DNA of 64,000 nucleotides from an uncultured virus (IMG/VR IMGVR_UViG_2808606796_000002) (Duplodnaviria > Heunggongvirae > Uroviricota > Caudoviricetes), in IMG/VR virus record IMGVR_UViG_2808606796_000002; one strand, given 5' to 3'. The notes beneath the pieces are model-generated. The model was not told where the DNA came from. It searched no databases and worked only from the letters and a program-made list of their open reading frames with translations. Both the position numbers and the translations under genes were made by a program. Of this stretch, positions 18,091 through 28,279 are shown piece after piece (the first letter of the stretch is position 1; every line of letters starts with the position of its first letter).

Positions 18091-18843
18091 TTATTTTTTC
18101 TCTTTCAATATTTTTTCGCCAATGCTGTTTTTTGGGAATTCAGGGTATTCATATTTGTAATTTAACAGGCCTGGTTTGCTTTCTATATTTAAATACCTTG
18201 TTGTCATCGTTTTTACTTCACTACTAGGTATGAAGATATGCTCAGTGTGGGATAATTTCTCTTTATCAACTCCAATTCCTATTATATTTCCATTGTAAAC
18301 TCTTATAATGGCATATTCTCGGTCGTTGTATTTGAATACAGAGAAAGATGTTTCCATTGAGGCTCTTGAAATCCCAACGACAGTCGACATTGATATTATA
18401 AAAAGACAAGCTGCACCATATATTATCGGCAGTGACATTTCATCTTTGTTAGCAAGGTCATAGTAAATAAAAGCAAAAACACCAGTTCCAATACAGATTA
18501 AAAATGTGGTTATTATATTTGTGAATATTATCTTGGGTATTAAAGGCGATGAAAGCACACCTATCAATACTAAATACACCACGACTTGAATAGCCTTTTG
18601 CGCATCACTTGTTCTTTTCTGCTTAAATACGGTGAAAAACACCAATGATACTAAAAAGAATGCTGAAACATTAATTATGCCATTATAAATCGCTTTAATA
18701 TCAATCTGTATAAACTCAGTGTCCAATGAAAAATATATTGCATACCCAAGTTCATATGATAAAGCAACTCCATACCCTATAAGGGTAAAGCACAGTAATA
18801 TTAATCCTTCTTTCTTTAAAAAAAACGACATTAATTGGCTCAT
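18091..18843 (-). CDS. AT-rich moron: multi-pass membrane protein
   Basis: About 5 hydrophobic segments plus soluble C-terminus; opposite strand between Q and holin. Confidence 0.75.
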   Translation of the reverse strand: MSQLMSFFLKKEGLILLCFTLIGYGVALSYELGYAIYFSLDTEFIQIDIKAIYNGIINVSAFFLVSLVFFTVFKQKRTSDAQKAIQVVVYLVLIGVLSSPLIPKIIFTNIITTFLICIGTGVFAFIYYDLANKDEMSLPIIYGAACLFIISMSTVVGISRASMETSFSVFKYNDREYAIIRVYNGNIIGIGVDKEKLSHTEHIFIPSSEVKTMTTRYLNIESKPGLLNYKYEYPEFPKNSIGEKILKEKK

Positions 18844-18928
18844 TTTGCATCCAGGTTGATGTTGTCTATATGCAAATTATTTTATCTCATTTCCTTATAT
18901 AACACCCGCATTCGGCGAGGTGAGAGAC

Positions 18929-19255
18929 ATGCGCATGCCTGGAAACAACCCCGACTTGTTCGCATTATTACTGGCATTCCTCATGACATTGCTCGGGGCG
19001 ATGGCTGGATATGCCTACCGTGTCATTAATGGTGCCCGCTTCAGTTGGGTGATGCTGGCATTACAACTCATCGTTTCTTTGTTTGCTGGTGCATTGATGA
19101 TGCTTACCGCGATGCACTACCTGTGGCCTGTAGAAATTACCGGGGCAATTTGCGGAATGGCTGGCTGGTCAGGTTCTACCCTAATCAAAGCGCTCGAAGC
19201 GCGGTTTTTGAATAAAGCAGGAGGCAGTAATGCAGGAACCCAAGTGGATAGTTGA
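18929..19255 (+). CDS. Holin (3 TMD) with Met-Arg-Met dual start
   Basis: GAGGTG SD, ATG CGC ATG; three hydrophobic helices. Confidence 0.85.
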   Translation: MRMPGNNPDLFALLLAFLMTLLGAMAGYAYRVINGARFSWVMLALQLIVSLFAGALMMLTAMHYLWPVEITGAICGMAGWSGSTLIKALEARFLNKAGGSNAGTQVDS

Positions 19256-19709
19256 AGCAAGGAAGTATTTAGGTCAGTTAGAAATCAAAGGTCCTCGTCA
19301 TAATCCCCTAATTATCCAGTTCTGGAAAGACATCAAACGCAGTGGAATCAAAGATGATGAAACGCCGTGGTGTGCTGCCTTTGTTGGCTCAATGTTCGAA
19401 CGTGTCGGAATCAAATCAACCCGCTTTGAGTCTGCGAAGTCCTACCTTAACTGGGGCGCAGAACTACGCGAACCAGCCTTCGGCTGTGTTGTGGTATTCA
19501 GTCGCGACGGCGGCGGCCATGTGGGATTTGTCGTTGGACAGCGTGAAAACGGTGATTTGATGGTGCTGGGCGGTAATCAGTCTGATGCCATCAATATCCG
19601 CGCCTTCCAGCGCTCACGAGTTTCTGGTTATCGCTGGCCGGTGAATGAGGCGAAAGATATGCGACCACTGCCAGTAATGAACGGGAGCCGTTCGGAGAGC
19701 GAGGCATGA
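19230..19709 (+). CDS. Endolysin, NlpC/P60-like peptidase (TIGR02594 family)
   Basis: DDETPWCAAFVG, GGHVGFVVG, VLGGNQSD. Confidence 0.85.
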   Translation: MQEPKWIVEARKYLGQLEIKGPRHNPLIIQFWKDIKRSGIKDDETPWCAAFVGSMFERVGIKSTRFESAKSYLNWGAELREPAFGCVVVFSRDGGGHVGFVVGQRENGDLMVLGGNQSDAINIRAFQRSRVSGYRWPVNEAKDMRPLPVMNGSRSESEA

Positions 19710-20101
19710 TTACTTACTTCCTGCTTTCACTGAAAACGCACTGGCGCTGGTGGCTATCCATCGCCGCGATGGTGGTGATTGGGTGGCTGTGGAATGAAAA
19801 CACCCGCGTTAATTCGAGTTTGGCGACAATGCAGGATGACGCAACCAGCGCCAGGACCATCACCTCTAACGTTCTGCGCGTCGTCGCAATCACAAACATG
19901 GTCATGGAGACAAACCAGCATGCTAAACAGCAAATCGCACTGGAGTCACAGAGAGCCGCGAGCGACATCAAAGCTGCTGTTGCGAGTGATGATTGTGCTG
20001 CTCGGCCTGTTCCTGCTGTTGCAGCTAACCGGCTGCGCCAATACGCGGACAGTTTACGTACTAGTGCCACAGCAACCAACCCCAGCCAGCCTGACCGCTG
20101 A
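19706..20101 (+). CDS. i-spanin (Rz-like)
   Basis: N-terminal TMD, coiled-coil. Confidence 0.75.
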   Translation: MITYFLLSLKTHWRWWLSIAAMVVIGWLWNENTRVNSSLATMQDDATSARTITSNVLRVVAITNMVMETNQHAKQQIALESQRAASDIKAAVASDDCAARPVPAVAANRLRQYADSLRTSATATNPSQPDR

Positions 20102-20243
20102 AACACCACAGCCGTTTATTCCTGATCCGCTGACTTATGGGGCCAGTCTGGATTTAAACGTCAGTCTTCTGGGGGCACTGGGGCAATGCAATCGGGATAA
20201 GGCTGACATCCGAGCCATTGAGCAATCACGAGCTTCGCAGTAG
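19989..20243 (+). CDS. o-spanin lipoprotein (Rz1-like)
   Basis: Lipobox LTGC, Pro-rich, ALGQCNRDKADIR. Confidence 0.8.
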   Translation: MIVLLGLFLLLQLTGCANTRTVYVLVPQQPTPASLTAETPQPFIPDPLTYGASLDLNVSLLGALGQCNRDKADIRAIEQSRASQ

Positions 20244-20335
20244 CCACTGCAAAGCTCATCTGCGGTTGGGCTTGATAATGCTATATGCATGACTAAATAG
20301 GGTTTATTATTTTCACTCCAATGAAAGGAGGTCTT

Positions 20336-20749
20336 ATGAGTGAAGATGCAGAACTTGAACAAGTATTGGCTCTGAAAGTGCGTGACGAAGATTTAATGTT
20401 TCTTAATAACATTGTTAACCAAACCGACTGTGGCATCGGTATTACCTTGTTTGTTCACGGTGGCGTAATTTCTGGTACGTTAATTTCTGGTAAAAAATAC
20501 TATAAATTTGTCGCTGATAACCTGAAGGCAGCCGGTCCATCAGGAGAAGCTTTGTCTCAGTTCTTCGAAAGAAAAGGCTCTACTGGTTATACAAGTGAAG
20601 ACCCCAGTTTTGAATATCCAAATAATTTCCTGCATCTTGAAAATGTTCAGATTCGAAACGGTGAGGGGAAAATGGGGCTACTGAACAACGCGATGCTCAG
20701 ATTGAAAATCGAAGAGATTGAAGGCCATATTTTAGGAAATATCAGCTAA
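20336..20749 (+). CDS. Moron: GvpU-like protein
   Basis: GIGITLFVHGGVISGTLISGKKYY...FLHLENV; strong SD AAGGAGG; terminator at 20803-20827. Confidence 0.6.
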   Translation: MSEDAELEQVLALKVRDEDLMFLNNIVNQTDCGIGITLFVHGGVISGTLISGKKYYKFVADNLKAAGPSGEALSQFFERKGSTGYTSEDPSFEYPNNFLHLENVQIRNGEGKMGLLNNAMLRLKIEEIEGHILGNIS

Positions 20750-20852
20750 GCGACTCTCATGCAAACATGACCGCTTACGGGAAATTTTTATTGCCATCAC
20801 AAAGGCCACTTTCGAGTGGCTTTTTTAATGGCATTAACCAATCGGAGTACTC

Positions 20853-21464
20853 ATGGCATCGAAAAAGCTCACGGCAGAGCAGCAGCTTCTTTTCGATGCG
20901 CTGACTCCGCTGCAGAAGAAGTTCGCCCTGGCACTCGTCAAGGGCAAGAATCAGACCGATGCGTACAAGGCTGCGAAGGGCAAAGCAAAGGGCGACGCAA
21001 TGCGCGCCGCCGCCTCCCGAATGTATGCAAATGTTAACGTCCAGGCGTTCCTCGCATCAGTTCAGGTATCCGCGGTAGACGATGCCATCATGACCCGCGA
21101 GGAAGCTCTCAAGCGCCTGACGTCAATGGGCCGCGCCCGCATCACTGATCTCGTTGATTTTGGCGAGCATCAAGTTGGCGAAGACGAAGATGGCAGGCCT
21201 GTTACTCAAGCGGTGTGGAGCTTTAAAGACTCGGTCAAACAATCCCCCGAGCTACTGGACGCCATCGCCGAACTGACCGCAGGCAAAGACGGCATCAAGC
21301 TGAAGCTGCACGACGCTCGCGGCGCTATCAAGCAAATGGCTGAGATGGAAGGCTGGCAGGCTCCTGAGAAGGTCGAGCATTCCAATCCGGATGGCTCGCT
21401 TAATCCCGCCAATATGGCAGCCGCTGTTATTGAGGCGCTGAAAAGAAAGCATGCTGACAATTAA
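20853..21464 (+). CDS. Terminase small subunit
   Basis: LTPLQKKFA...NQTDAYKAAK...MTREEALKRL. Confidence 0.85.
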   Translation: MASKKLTAEQQLLFDALTPLQKKFALALVKGKNQTDAYKAAKGKAKGDAMRAAASRMYANVNVQAFLASVQVSAVDDAIMTREEALKRLTSMGRARITDLVDFGEHQVGEDEDGRPVTQAVWSFKDSVKQSPELLDAIAELTAGKDGIKLKLHDARGAIKQMAEMEGWQAPEKVEHSNPDGSLNPANMAAAVIEALKRKHADN

Positions 21465-22830
21465 TCAGGTTGTTGAGTGCCGTACTGATTTACTTGCTTT
21501 TACCCGTTCCATGTTTAGCGCCAGAAAAGGTATGGAGTTCGTCACCAACTGGCACCATGAGAAGCTCTGTAATGCACTTGAGCGAGTGGTGATTGGGAAG
21601 TGCAAGCGGCTGATCATCAACATACCTCCGCGTTACTCGAAGACGGAGCTGGCGGTCGTTAACTTTATCGCATGGTGTATGGGTAACTTTCCCGACAGCG
21701 AATTTATTCACGCCAGTTACTCGAAGCGCCTGGCCGCCAATAACACCTGGGGCGCGCGAGCGCTGATGGAGCACGAACTCTACAGCGAGATATTTGGCGC
21801 TCCGCGATTCCGTAAAGACTCCAACGCAAAAGATGAATATCGAACCGAGCAAGGTGGATGCGTATACGCCGCTGGCTCAGACGGGACAATTACCGGCTAC
21901 GGCGCCGGGAAGCTTCGCGACTACTTTGGCGGGGCAATCATTATCGATGACCCTCACAAAGCAGGCGAGGCCACGTCCGATGTGATGCGTCAAAACGTTA
22001 TCGACTGGTTCTCGACCACCATCGAAAGCCGCACCAACTCACCAGAAACGCCGATCATCGTCATCATGCAGCGATTGCACGAGAGCGATTTATCCGGGTG
22101 GCTGCTGGGAGGCGGGAACGGCGAGAAGTGGGAGCATGTTTGCATTCCTGTACTTGATGACGCTGACGAGCCGCTGTGGGCGTTTAAGCATTCACGGCAA
22201 GAGCTGCAACGCATGGATACCGCCAACCCTTATGTGTTCGCAGGACAATATATGCAGCGTCCTGCGCCAATTGGCGGCGGCATATTCAAGGACCACTGGT
22301 GGAAGTTCTACCGTACCCCGCCGATTACCAAGACGCGCAGCATCTACGCCGACACAGCGCAGAAGACGAAGACGCACAACGACTTCACTGTATTTCAATG
22401 CTGGGGCCAGACCGAAGCGGGTCAACCAGTATTGCTCGACCAGTTGCGCGGGAAATGGGAAGCGCCTGAGCTGCTCATTCAGGCAAGAGCGTTCTGGAAA
22501 AAGCACAAGGCCGTCACAGGTATGGGAAATCTTCGCGCGCTCAAATGCGAAGACAAAGTGTCCGGAACCGGACTTATTCAGACCTTGCGCCGAGAAGGGA
22601 TCCCAATCCTTCCCATCCAGCGCAACGTCGACAAACTTACCCGCGCGATGGATGTCGCCCCGATGGTTGAATCTGGCAACGTTCTTTTGCCTGAGGACGC
22701 GCCGTGGCTTTCCGATTATCTGGCAGAGTTCAGCCAGTTCCCTAATGGCGCTCATGACGACCAGGTTGACCCAACCATGGACGCAATCGACGACATGATT
22801 AATAAAAAGAGCAGGGGCGTTTACTCATGA
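21451..22830 (+). CDS. Terminase large subunit
   Basis: IPPRYSKT, IIIDDPHK, FPNGAHDDQVD. Confidence 0.93.
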   Translation: MLTINQVVECRTDLLAFTRSMFSARKGMEFVTNWHHEKLCNALERVVIGKCKRLIINIPPRYSKTELAVVNFIAWCMGNFPDSEFIHASYSKRLAANNTWGARALMEHELYSEIFGAPRFRKDSNAKDEYRTEQGGCVYAAGSDGTITGYGAGKLRDYFGGAIIIDDPHKAGEATSDVMRQNVIDWFSTTIESRTNSPETPIIVIMQRLHESDLSGWLLGGGNGEKWEHVCIPVLDDADEPLWAFKHSRQELQRMDTANPYVFAGQYMQRPAPIGGGIFKDHWWKFYRTPPITKTRSIYADTAQKTKTHNDFTVFQCWGQTEAGQPVLLDQLRGKWEAPELLIQARAFWKKHKAVTGMGNLRALKCEDKVSGTGLIQTLRREGIPILPIQRNVDKLTRAMDVAPMVESGNVLLPEDAPWLSDYLAEFSQFPNGAHDDQVDPTMDAIDDMINKKSRGVYS

Positions 22831-24395
22831 AATGGCTGAATTGGTTGAAATGGTTCCGACCAAAACCATCTGATCCCGTTGAGGAACCGAAGCCCGAGCC
22901 AACGAAGAAACCACCCGGGGCTTTCTCAACTCACAAGCAGCATCAGCCGGTAACGCTGGAGCAAATCGAAGCTGCTGCCTTCCCTGTGCGTAATGCCAGA
23001 ACCATCGACCAGGCTGGCAAGGCTATGGATGACGCCTCGTGTACACAGTCGCCGTCCGGTGCCTATCGTTTCGCGACGGTGGGCGGCGTTCCGGATAACG
23101 TGATCGGCTGGTTCCTGTCGCAAGGTTTTATCGGTCATCAACTTTGCGCAGTGATGGCTCAGCAGTGGCTGGTTAACCGCGCTTGCAAAATCCCACCAGA
23201 AGACGCCACGCGCAACGGCTGGAAAATTACCGGGTTGTCGGCAGATAAAATCCAGCGCCTTGAAAAGCTCGACCGCAAGCGGGGCATTAAGCGGCAAGTC
23301 CAGGAGTACGCTCGCTTTAACCGAGTATTTGGAATACGCATTGCTATCTTCTGCGTTGATAGTGACGACCCGAAATATTACGAAAATCCGTTCAATATCG
23401 ACGGCGTTCGCGAGGGGAGTTATCGCGGCATTAGCCAGGTTGATCCGTACTGGTGTGCGCCAGAGCTTGAGGGGGTCGATGTAAGTGACCCGTCATCTGA
23501 GAACTTTTACGAGCCAACATACTGGCGAATTTCCGGGAAGCGTTACCACCGGTCGCACCTTGTCATCATCCGTTACTCAGATGTGCCTGACGTTCTCAAG
23601 CCAACCTATCAATTCGGTGGCCTGCCATTACCCCAGCTCATATGGGAGCGTGTGTATGGTGCCGAGCGGTCAGCTAATGAAGGGCCGCAACTGCTCATGT
23701 CTAAGCGCTTGAACGTCGTGAAGACTGACCTTGAGCAGGCTATGGCTGATCCGGATAAGTACATCGAAAAGCAGCAAAGTTTCGCTGAGTCGCGAGACAA
23801 CTTTGGGTTGTTGAATATCGGCATGGAAGATGATTACAGCCAGCATGAAACCTCCCTTGGCGACGTCGACGCGGTAATTATGACTGAATATCAGCTGGTG
23901 GCCGCAGTCGCGGAAATGCCCGCAACAAAGCTTCTTGGCACTTCGCCAAAGGGATTCAACCCAACAGGCGAGTTCGAGACAGGGGCTTACCGCGAGACGC
24001 TCGCGGGAATCCAGGAGCATAGCTGCACGCCGTTACTTGATCGCCATTACCAGCTGCAAACCAAATCGCTGTTTGGTGAGGTCATCGATATCGAGGTGGT
24101 CTGGAATCCACTGGATGAGCCAACCGAAACCGAACAGGCGCAAACAGGGCTTGCCCGCGCGCAGACCGCTCAGATTTATCAAGAACTGGGCGTCGTCAGC
24201 CAGGAGCAGAACCAGCGCAAGCTCAAGGATGATGAGTCGAGCGGATATGAGTTTGACGAGGTAGAAGATGGCGAAGAAAACGGAGAGTCTGAAACCGACC
24301 GACTCCAAACCGTTCTACAGTCCCTTGCATCTGGAGCAAGCGTACCAGCGCAAGCTACGGGGATTAGTCCGGTGGATGAAGTCCAATCTCGCTGA
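22827..24395 (+). CDS. Portal protein (DUF1073-like)
   Basis: Synteny; PATKLLGTSPKGFN motif. Confidence 0.85.
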   Translation: MKWLNWLKWFRPKPSDPVEEPKPEPTKKPPGAFSTHKQHQPVTLEQIEAAAFPVRNARTIDQAGKAMDDASCTQSPSGAYRFATVGGVPDNVIGWFLSQGFIGHQLCAVMAQQWLVNRACKIPPEDATRNGWKITGLSADKIQRLEKLDRKRGIKRQVQEYARFNRVFGIRIAIFCVDSDDPKYYENPFNIDGVREGSYRGISQVDPYWCAPELEGVDVSDPSSENFYEPTYWRISGKRYHRSHLVIIRYSDVPDVLKPTYQFGGLPLPQLIWERVYGAERSANEGPQLLMSKRLNVVKTDLEQAMADPDKYIEKQQSFAESRDNFGLLNIGMEDDYSQHETSLGDVDAVIMTEYQLVAAVAEMPATKLLGTSPKGFNPTGEFETGAYRETLAGIQEHSCTPLLDRHYQLQTKSLFGEVIDIEVVWNPLDEPTETEQAQTGLARAQTAQIYQELGVVSQEQNQRKLKDDESSGYEFDEVEDGEENGESETDRLQTVLQSLASGASVPAQATGISPVDEVQSR

Positions 24396-25014
24396 CGACA
24401 TCCTGAACACCAACGGACGCTCGCTTGATGAGCGCCTTAATACTCTCTCTGCGAAGTACAGCAACCTTTTCCGCGACTATGCCCCCTCGATGTTTAACCC
24501 GGTACTTGCTGGAGTTGATACTTCCACGCAGCGCCAGTTCACCGCATTGAAACTCAGCGATGCGGTGAATGCTGATGTTGTTCAGGGTTATTTTCGTGAC
24601 GCTGCAAAGGCCAATGCCCAGCTAATTTCGACGCTACCTACCGAACATATCGAACGCATCAGAAAGGCTGCTGCTGATTCGCCTGGCGACATGTCTGCAA
24701 TGAAGGACATTCTTGCCGACGCGAACGGCAAGCTGGACCGGCGCGCCACCAATCTTGCGATGGACCAGACCCGCAAAGCGTTTACTCAGACGGCCACGCT
24801 CAAAGCGCAGTCGACTGGAGCAACGAAGGGAATATGGATCCACTCACATCGCGGGCCTAAGCACTCGCGCCCCAAGCATGTGAAGGCCAATGGCGAAGAG
24901 TTTGATTTGGCTGTTGGGCTTCCAGTTGGCGATAAAGGGCAAAACGTTGTGCCTGGCGAGGAAATTAACTGCCATTGCACGTTCAAACTGGTCATTGATT
25001 TTGGAGTGAAGTGA
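24268..25014 (+). CDS. Head morphogenesis protein (SPP1 gp7/MuF)
   Basis: WIHS...RPKH...PGEEINCHC. Confidence 0.85.
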   Translation: MAKKTESLKPTDSKPFYSPLHLEQAYQRKLRGLVRWMKSNLADDILNTNGRSLDERLNTLSAKYSNLFRDYAPSMFNPVLAGVDTSTQRQFTALKLSDAVNADVVQGYFRDAAKANAQLISTLPTEHIERIRKAAADSPGDMSAMKDILADANGKLDRRATNLAMDQTRKAFTQTATLKAQSTGATKGIWIHSHRGPKHSRPKHVKANGEEFDLAVGLPVGDKGQNVVPGEEINCHCTFKLVIDFGVK

Positions 25015-26183
25015 TGGCGACCAGCGCAAAAGCACAGGATAAATCAGCGCGCGTCGTTGATGACAATGGTTGGATAAACGTCGAAGGCAACCCAATTAGT
25101 AAGGTAGGCGTGTTCGATTATCTCGGCAGCGAGATACCCGGCGCGCCAGACCCCGACAAAATTTACCAGGTGTATCGCTCCGCGGCAGAACTCAGCAGGC
25201 CTGAGACGCTGGAATCATTCAAATTGATACCGTTCATCAATAATCACACCTGGCTTGGGGCCGAAGGCGCTAACCCTGGTGATGTTGGCGTGGACGGGAT
25301 TGTAGGCGAGAAGGTCTATTTCGATTACCCCTACCTGCGTGCAAACCTTCGCGTCTTCTCTGATGAGATGAAGCAAGAACTCGAGTCAGGGAAAGCACAG
25401 CTCTCCCCGGCTTACAAATACGACGTCGTCCCATCGATAGGTTCATTCGAGGGGCAGTCATACCAGTACGAGCAACGCAATCTGCGTTGCGGAAACCATC
25501 TCGCCCGCGTTGATGAGGGCAGAACAGGCGCTGACGTCGCAGTGATGGACCAGGCCATTAACCTAAACTCCGACGGAGATAAAACAATGACTTTAGAGGA
25601 ACTGATCGCCGCGCTCGGCAAGCTGGACGCGACGTCACTTGCCGCTGTCATGGCTGCGCTTCAGCAGATGAAGCAACCAGAGCCAACTGCAGAACCTGTT
25701 GCAGACGAAGACCCTACTAATCCAGCGCCAGCAGAAGATGCCGACCCTGAAGCTGATCCGGCACCAGCGCAAGACGAAGACCCGGATGCGCCAAAAGCTG
25801 AAGACGAAGACCCGTCCGATGCTACCAAGGCGCAGGACGCAAAGTTTGCGGCGATGAGCAAGGAGCTGAAGGATCTGAAAAAGCAGGTCAAAGCGCAGGA
25901 TACCGGCGCGCTGTTAAAAGAACTCGGCAAGCGTAATGAACTGGCGCAACGCCTGACACCATTCGTAGGCGCATTTGCGTGTGACTCCATGGATACCGTG
26001 GCGGTAGCGAAGTATGGCTTGGCGAAGCTCGGCATCAAAGACGTTGCCGCCGGGCATGAAGTTTCCGCGCTGAATGCTGCGCTGGCGGTGAAGTCAACGC
26101 AGCCACAAACCATCGTTGCATTTGGTCAGGACTCAGCGCCTACCAAATCTAACGCCGTTTCTTCCGCAATTGACAGCCTTTAA
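25011..26183 (+). CDS. DUF2213 prohead protease/scaffold
   Basis: NPISKVGVFDY, NHLARVDEGRTG. Confidence 0.85.
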   Translation: MMATSAKAQDKSARVVDDNGWINVEGNPISKVGVFDYLGSEIPGAPDPDKIYQVYRSAAELSRPETLESFKLIPFINNHTWLGAEGANPGDVGVDGIVGEKVYFDYPYLRANLRVFSDEMKQELESGKAQLSPAYKYDVVPSIGSFEGQSYQYEQRNLRCGNHLARVDEGRTGADVAVMDQAINLNSDGDKTMTLEELIAALGKLDATSLAAVMAALQQMKQPEPTAEPVADEDPTNPAPAEDADPEADPAPAQDEDPDAPKAEDEDPSDATKAQDAKFAAMSKELKDLKKQVKAQDTGALLKELGKRNELAQRLTPFVGAFACDSMDTVAVAKYGLAKLGIKDVAAGHEVSALNAALAVKSTQPQTIVAFGQDSAPTKSNAVSSAIDSL

Positions 26184-26192
26184 GGGGTAATC

Positions 26193-26714
26193 ATGTCCTT
26201 TCAAAAAACTGTAGATGACGATCTGGCATGGGGCATTCCTGGCGAGCAGGCTCTGGCCGGTGATGTTCGCGCCGAGCCGGTTCAACTAAAAACCGTATTT
26301 AACGGCACCGCAGGCAAGCGCGCGCCATTTGGTGCTGTCGCGCTGACGCAAGCCGCTGGCGAGAACGGGATTGTTTCGGTAGGCGGGGCGGGGACCTTTA
26401 TCGGCATCTTGTCTTCACCTAAGCAATGGGTGGCTTATTCGGCGCTCGGTGGCAATGCCCCTGGCATTGAAGCGGGTGCATGGCTGGAAGCGACATCGCA
26501 AACGCCGGGTATGTGGATGGAGCTAACCACGGCCGCGGCGGTCGGCGATGCCATTGCATATAAATCTGATGGCACGCTAGTGGCGGCGCCAGCTTCAACT
26601 GCTCCAGCAAGCTCCACGCTGATCCCCGGCTCTCGTGTCGTGCGTTACAACGTGACTACCGGCATTGCGATGGTAGCTCTACAACAGCTCCCGGTTCCTG
26701 CCGTAGCACCTTAA
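26193..26714 (+). CDS. Head decoration protein
   Basis: Synteny before capsid gene. Confidence 0.65.
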   Translation: MSFQKTVDDDLAWGIPGEQALAGDVRAEPVQLKTVFNGTAGKRAPFGAVALTQAAGENGIVSVGGAGTFIGILSSPKQWVAYSALGGNAPGIEAGAWLEATSQTPGMWMELTTAAAVGDAIAYKSDGTLVAAPASTAPASSTLIPGSRVVRYNVTTGIAMVALQQLPVPAVAP

Positions 26715-26729
26715 TTCAAGGAAAATTAA

Positions 26730-27866
26730 ATGCGCAAAATCTCTACGGTGCATAAGCGCCTTTCTCCTGCTGCGGCTGCGTTGCTGAAAAGCAAGCTGCG
26801 CGGTGTTGCGATGGACTCCGCTGATACTGTCCGTTCCCTGGCAAAGGTCGGCATTCATGTATCGGACTTTGCAGCACAGTCCTACGCTCAGGCGTATGGC
26901 ATGGATGCAGCGGTATCTATTCCAGGCCTGACCGTTAACGCATCCCAGGGCAACAGCCCTTATATGCAATTCCTGCAAAGCTGGCTTCCTGGACAGGTGC
27001 AGGTCATCACTGCAGCGCGCAAGGCCGATGAGCTTATGGGCGTGGTAACTGCCGGAGCGTGGGAAGACGAAGAAGTTATCCAGGAAATTCTGGAACTGGT
27101 CGGTGTCGCTCAGCCTTATACGGACTACGGCAACATTCCACTTTCAAGCTGGAACCTTACCTATGAGAAGCGCGGCGTGATTCGCTTTGAAGAGGGTATT
27201 CAGGTTGGCGAGTTGGAAGGTCTGCGCTCCGGGCGTATCGGTGTAAATGCATCAGATACCAAGCGTAATGCCGCATCTCTGGCGCTGGAAATCTCGCGTA
27301 ACCGCGTGGCGTTCTATGGCTACAACGGTGCGACGTCGTATCCAATTTATGGCTACCTGAATGACCCGAACCTCCCGGCGTATATCACTGTTCCGGCAGG
27401 AGCTGCTGGCACTACGTGGGATAAGAAAACTTATGCAGAGATCGTAAAAGATTTGCTGACTGGCCTGTCTGCTCTGCGCACCAAGTCGAAGGAAGTCATC
27501 GACCCAACTGCAACGCCTATCATCCTGTCTGTTGCGTCGGAGAAAGTGGATTACCTCTCAACGCCTAACGACCTGGGTGAAACGCCTTACGACTGGCTGA
27601 AAGCGAACTATCCGAACGTGACCACGAAGTCAGCGGTTGAACTGGATGATGCCAACGGTGGAGCGGATGTGTTCTATCTCTACGCTGAAACCGTTGGTGA
27701 TTCCGGTACCGATGGCGGCGGCGTTATCGACCAGATCGTACCGTCACGTTTCCGTGCACTGGGTGTGGATACATCCTGCAAGATGGTCACCGAAGACTTC
27801 ACTAACGCCACCTCCGGCGCTCTGGTGAAACGACCTTTCGCTGTGTATCGCGCAAGCGGTATCTGA
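26730..27866 (+). CDS. Major capsid protein (DUF2184-like)
   Basis: NRVAFYG...YGYLNDPNL...TSGALVKRPFAV. Confidence 0.85.
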   Translation: MRKISTVHKRLSPAAAALLKSKLRGVAMDSADTVRSLAKVGIHVSDFAAQSYAQAYGMDAAVSIPGLTVNASQGNSPYMQFLQSWLPGQVQVITAARKADELMGVVTAGAWEDEEVIQEILELVGVAQPYTDYGNIPLSSWNLTYEKRGVIRFEEGIQVGELEGLRSGRIGVNASDTKRNAASLALEISRNRVAFYGYNGATSYPIYGYLNDPNLPAYITVPAGAAGTTWDKKTYAEIVKDLLTGLSALRTKSKEVIDPTATPIILSVASEKVDYLSTPNDLGETPYDWLKANYPNVTTKSAVELDDANGGADVFYLYAETVGDSGTDGGGVIDQIVPSRFRALGVDTSCKMVTEDFTNATSGALVKRPFAVYRASGI

Positions 27867-27910
27867 TTTCCGGGCTGCCATGCGGCCCTGTCATTTCTCT
27901 GGAGAACAAC

Positions 27911-28276
27911 ATGCCAGTAATTTATTCGTCCTGTACCGCTGATAACTTCTTCCCCGTCTGGAAGGGCCACGCCCGCAAAGACTCCTACGATAAAGGCGTC
28001 CTTATCAAAGGCGGCGCTAATGCTCAGGATAAGCGAACCATGATGACCCCGCGTGGCGCGGCCACGGTAGTCACCACCGAAGAACTGGAGCTTCTTAGAG
28101 CTGACCAGGCTTTCCTCGGCTTCGTTGAGCGCGGCTATATGAGCATCGACGAAAAGGGTAAAAATACCTATGACGCCGATGAAAAAGGTGCGGATATGGA
28201 CAAGGACAAGTCTGCCCAGGATACGCCAGAAGACTACGCGACGATGGGCAAGAAGGCTCCGAAAGAGGAAAAGTAA
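27911..28276 (+). CDS. Hypothetical virion protein
   Basis: Synteny, GGAG SD. Confidence 0.6.
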   Translation: MPVIYSSCTADNFFPVWKGHARKDSYDKGVLIKGGANAQDKRTMMTPRGAATVVTTEELELLRADQAFLGFVERGYMSIDEKGKNTYDADEKGADMDKDKSAQDTPEDYATMGKKAPKEEK

Positions 28277-28279
28277 GTC

